Origin: Alphaproteobacteria bacterium
GTDB lineage: Bacteria; Pseudomonadota; Alphaproteobacteria; UBA828
DNA: 64,000 bases
Assembly: GCA_965237415.1 (NCBI GenBank)
Contig: CBDEFM010000002.1
Coordinates: 2,400,001-2,464,000 of the forward strand
Direction: 5' to 3'
Both the position numbers and the translations under genes were made by a program. The stretch's first letter is position 1. Each line of letters opens with the position of its first letter. The notes beneath the pieces are model-generated. The model was not told the origin of the DNA, searched no databases, and was given only the letters and a program-made list of their open reading frames with translations. This document shows positions 61,002 to 64,000 of the stretch, piece by piece.

Positions 61002-61050
61002 CAGACCCTTCTACCGGCGGGAGGGCGGGCAGCCAGGCTGCACCGGACGA

Positions 61051-61710
61051 TCAGCGGTTCAGGGGGGTCTTGGTGCGCGGATCGTCAAACACGAAGAGCC
61101 CGCGCGGCAGTCTGATATTGGTTTCGAGATCGTGCAGGGTGACGGCGGTGACCAACCCCTGGGCGTCGGTCACTCGCCATTGAATCAGGCGCAGAGGGTC
61201 GGCGCTCAGGACCAGAGTCAAGCTCCCGCCGCGGGGGTCGTCCTCGTGCACCACGGTGATCTTGATCAGCCCGTCGTTCTCCGCGAATGCCGTAACCTCC
61301 AGGTCCTCGCCGAAGCGAGTCTCCTCCCTCGTGAGCGCGCCAAGCGGGGTTTCGTAAATGAACCAGTCGTTGACCTGGCCGAGCTCCATGTCGTGATAGT
61401 GGATCCAGAGGCCATCGCCCACGATCAGCACCGGCACCGGCGGTGCGTATTCCACGCGCAGCAACCCGGGCCTTTGCATATAGATGACCCCTTCGGCGGG
61501 CTCGCCCTGAGGCCCGATCTGCGAGAAGTTCGCCTTCAGGGATTGGAGCCCATCGAGATAGCGCTCGACGGCGGCGAGCGTTTCCTGCGCCGCCCCGTCG
61601 AGGGCGGCAAAATCTGACTCCTGAGCCTGCGTGGGCTGGGCGGCGACAAGCCACACGGCGAGCATGGGTGCGAGGCAGAGCAGCGCAGCAGCGCGGATCA
61701 ACATCGGCAT
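61051..61710 (-). CDS. lolA: Outer-membrane lipoprotein carrier LolA family
   Basis: Signal peptide, ANFSQ, RPGLLRVEY, TPL; downstream of ftsK. Confidence 0.87.
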   Translation of the reverse strand: MPMLIRAAALLCLAPMLAVWLVAAQPTQAQESDFAALDGAAQETLAAVERYLDGLQSLKANFSQIGPQGEPAEGVIYMQRPGLLRVEYAPPVPVLIVGDGLWIHYHDMELGQVNDWFIYETPLGALTREETRFGEDLEVTAFAENDGLIKITVVHEDDPRGGSLTLVLSADPLRLIQWRVTDAQGLVTAVTLHDLETNIRLPRGLFVFDDPRTKTPLNR

Positions 61711-61761
61711 GGTTTGGAATGTAGGGTGCGTGGGCCGCGCAAACAATCGCTAGCCCGGAAT

Positions 61762-64000
61762 TCAGCTGGCGGAGTGGTCGGAGACCAACACCTCGCGCTT
61801 GCCGACATGGTTGGCCTGGCTGACCACCCCTTCGCTCTCCATCCGCTCGATGATGCGGGCGGCGCGGTTGTAGCCGATCTGGAGATGGCGCTGAACGAAG
61901 CTGGTCGAGGCCTTGCGCTCCGCCGCCACGAGCGCCACGGCCCGGTCGTAGAGCGGATCCTGCTCCGCGTCCTCGCCGACCCCGGCGGCGGCCGCTTCGG
62001 GCTCCTCGGTGATGCCCTCGACATAGTTCGGCCGCCCGGTGGCGCGCAGGAAGTCGGTCACCCGCTCGACCTCGGCATCGCTCACGAAGGGCCCGTGTAC
62101 CCGCGTCACGCGACCGCCGGGGCCGAGATAGAGCATGTCGCCCTGGCCCAGCAGCTGCTCGGCGCCGGCGTCGCCGAGGATGGTGCGGCTGTCGATCTTG
62201 GACGTGACCTGGAAGCTGATCCGCGTCGGGAAGTTGGCCTTGATCGTGCCGGTGATGACATCGACCGAGGGCCGCTGCGTGGCCATGATCAAATGGATGC
62301 CGGCGGCGCGGGCCATCTGCGCAAGCCGCTGCACCGCGCCCTCGATGTCCTTACCGGCGACGAGCATGAGATCGGCCATCTCGTCCACCACCACGACGAT
62401 TAACGGCATCGCCGTGAGGTCGATCTCGAATTCCTCGTGGATCGGGGCGCCGGTCTCGGCGTCCATGCCGACATTGAGGCGCCAGGTCAGTCGCTCGCCC
62501 TTCTCGCGGGCTTCCGCCAGGCGCTTGTTGTAGCCCGAGATATTGCGCACCCCGAGCTTCGACATCGCCTTGTAGCGGGTCTCCATCTCCCGCACCGCCC
62601 ACTTCAGCGCGACGACAGCCTTGCTGGGCTCGGTCACCACCGGCGTGAGCAGGTGCGGGATGTCGTCGTAGACCGAGAGCTCGAGCATCTTGGGGTCGAT
62701 CAGGATCAGCTTGCACTGATCAGGCGTCAGCCGATAGAGGAGCGACAGGATCATGCTGTTGATCGCGACCGACTTGCCCGAGCCGGTAGTGCCGGCGACC
62801 AGCAGGTGGGGCATGCGCGCGAGGTCGGCAACCACGGGGTTGCCGCCGATATCCTTGCCGAGCGCGAGGGCGAGGCTGGAATCGGTGTTCTCGAAGTTGG
62901 CGCTCGCCAGCAACTCCCGCAACACCACGGTCTCGCGTTCACCGTTGGGCAACTCAATGCCGATGACGCTCCGCCCCGGGATTGTCGCGGCGCGAACCGA
63001 AATCGCGCTCATCGAGCGTGCGATGTCGTCGGCGAGCCCGATTACCCGCGAGGTTCGCGTGCCGGGCTGCGGTTCGAGCTCGTAGAGCGTGACTACCGGC
63101 CCGGGCCTGACCTGGGTGATCTCGCCGAAGACCCGGAAATCCTCGAGAACGGAGACCAGCATCTCCGCGTTCTGCCGCAGCGCTTCGTTGCTCACGCTGC
63201 GTGCGACGCCGGCGCCATCCGCATCGGCCAGCAGCGCCAGCGCCGGCAACGCGTATACCTCATTGTCTTCCAGATCGAGGTCGGGCTGACGCTCCTTCCT
63301 TTCCCGCTTGCCGGGTTTCACCTTGCGCCGGCGCTTCTCGACGATGCTGGGCTCCGGCGGCTGCTCCTCGACCTCGCCCGGCGCCCGCGGCAGCAGGCTC
63401 GGCTCTCGCCGGTGCGCGCGATCCGCCGTCGCCTCCGAGCGTTCGCTGCGACGCAGCCGGTGTGCGCGGACAGGTTTCTCGTCATCCGCGGTGCGCTCTA
63501 CACGCTCGCCGCGATCGCCGGACCTGCCGTAAACCCAGCGGGCAAGCCACACAGCGCCGCGCAGCGTGCGCCGCAGGACCCAGTAGGCGCTGCGCATCAA
63601 CACGCGCCATTCCCGCCACGGCACCCCGAGTGCTATCACCAGCGCAAGGGCAGCGGCGATCAGGAACACCGCGCCGATACCGGCCGTGACCATCTCGGCG
63701 CCACCGAGCCCCAAGGTACTCAGCTGAGACAACAGGACCCCGCCGGCAGCTCCGCCCGCCCCGCCGGCGGCCGGCCAGTCGGCCACGCCCAACGATGCGC
63801 AGCCTGCGGCGGTGAGCAGGACCGCTAGCGGCACGAGGGCGAATCTCAGCGGCTTCCGCGTGAGACCGCGGTGGCTGAGCAGCCCCCAGGCCCAGGCACC
63901 GAGGATCAGCGGCAACAGGCCTGCGGCGAGGCCGAGCCACTGCAGCAGCAGGTCTGCGCCGTAGGCACCGGGGCGGCCGATCAGATTGGCCGGTGCGGCG
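61762..64000 (-). CDS. ftsK: DNA translocase FtsK (5' end outside window)
   Basis: PHLLVAGTTGSGKS, DEMADLM, ATQRPS, gamma domain IGYNRAA. Confidence 0.96.
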   Translation of the reverse strand, partial: AAPANLIGRPGAYGADLLLQWLGLAAGLLPLILGAWAWGLLSHRGLTRKPLRFALVPLAVLLTAAGCASLGVADWPAAGGAGGAAGGVLLSQLSTLGLGGAEMVTAGIGAVFLIAAALALVIALGVPWREWRVLMRSAYWVLRRTLRGAVWLARWVYGRSGDRGERVERTADDEKPVRAHRLRRSERSEATADRAHRREPSLLPRAPGEVEEQPPEPSIVEKRRRKVKPGKRERKERQPDLDLEDNEVYALPALALLADADGAGVARSVSNEALRQNAEMLVSVLEDFRVFGEITQVRPGPVVTLYELEPQPGTRTSRVIGLADDIARSMSAISVRAATIPGRSVIGIELPNGERETVVLRELLASANFENTDSSLALALGKDIGGNPVVADLARMPHLLVAGTTGSGKSVAINSMILSLLYRLTPDQCKLILIDPKMLELSVYDDIPHLLTPVVTEPSKAVVALKWAVREMETRYKAMSKLGVRNISGYNKRLAEAREKGERLTWRLNVGMDAETGAPIHEEFEIDLTAMPLIVVVVDEMADLMLVAGKDIEGAVQRLAQMARAAGIHLIMATQRPSVDVITGTIKANFPTRISFQVTSKIDSRTILGDAGAEQLLGQGDMLYLGPGGRVTRVHGPFVSDAEVERVTDFLRATGRPNYVEGITEEPEAAAAGVGEDAEQDPLYDRAVALVAAERKASTSFVQRHLQIGYNRAARIIERMESEGVVSQANHVGKREVLVSDHSAS

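Overview
High-GC chromosomal window, most likely from an alphaproteobacterium (inferred from gene orders such as miaB-phoH-ybeY-corC-lnt, xseB-ispA-tlyA, HIG1-pduO and ftsK-lolA). The backbone is housekeeping and catabolic genes: a polyamine-type ABC transporter, prpE, hldE, uvrD, phoX, tandem glycine riboswitch plus gcvTHP, and CoA ligase/transferase. A layered mobilome sits on top of it. (1) Three IS1202/IS481-like elements; the two complete ones have 16-bp target duplications, and all three sit beside TTGAC (-35-like) boxes. (2) A 133-bp CTAG-bounded MITE in two identical copies, one inserted inside an IS end. (3) An IS1595-family transporter IS carrying three passenger genes. (4) A transposase-less 1.29-kb IS1595-type cassette carrying a Panacea (DUF4065) antitoxin and a coupled two-TM gene. 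(5) Both IS1595-type elements landed in separate copies of an unrecognised 300-390-bp intergenic element. That element has a perfectly conserved, helically phased ATCCC/GGGAT core (G-quadruplex pattern) and a 26-bp end motif that also occurs alone at several gene junctions. Other oddities are a low-GC methyltransferase + AlkB-like gene pair, a short exported-peptide-like ORF, a probable CTG start for tlyA, and no dxs at its usual locus. No tRNA, rRNA or CRISPR array was seen. All calls come from manual reading; no database searches were run.
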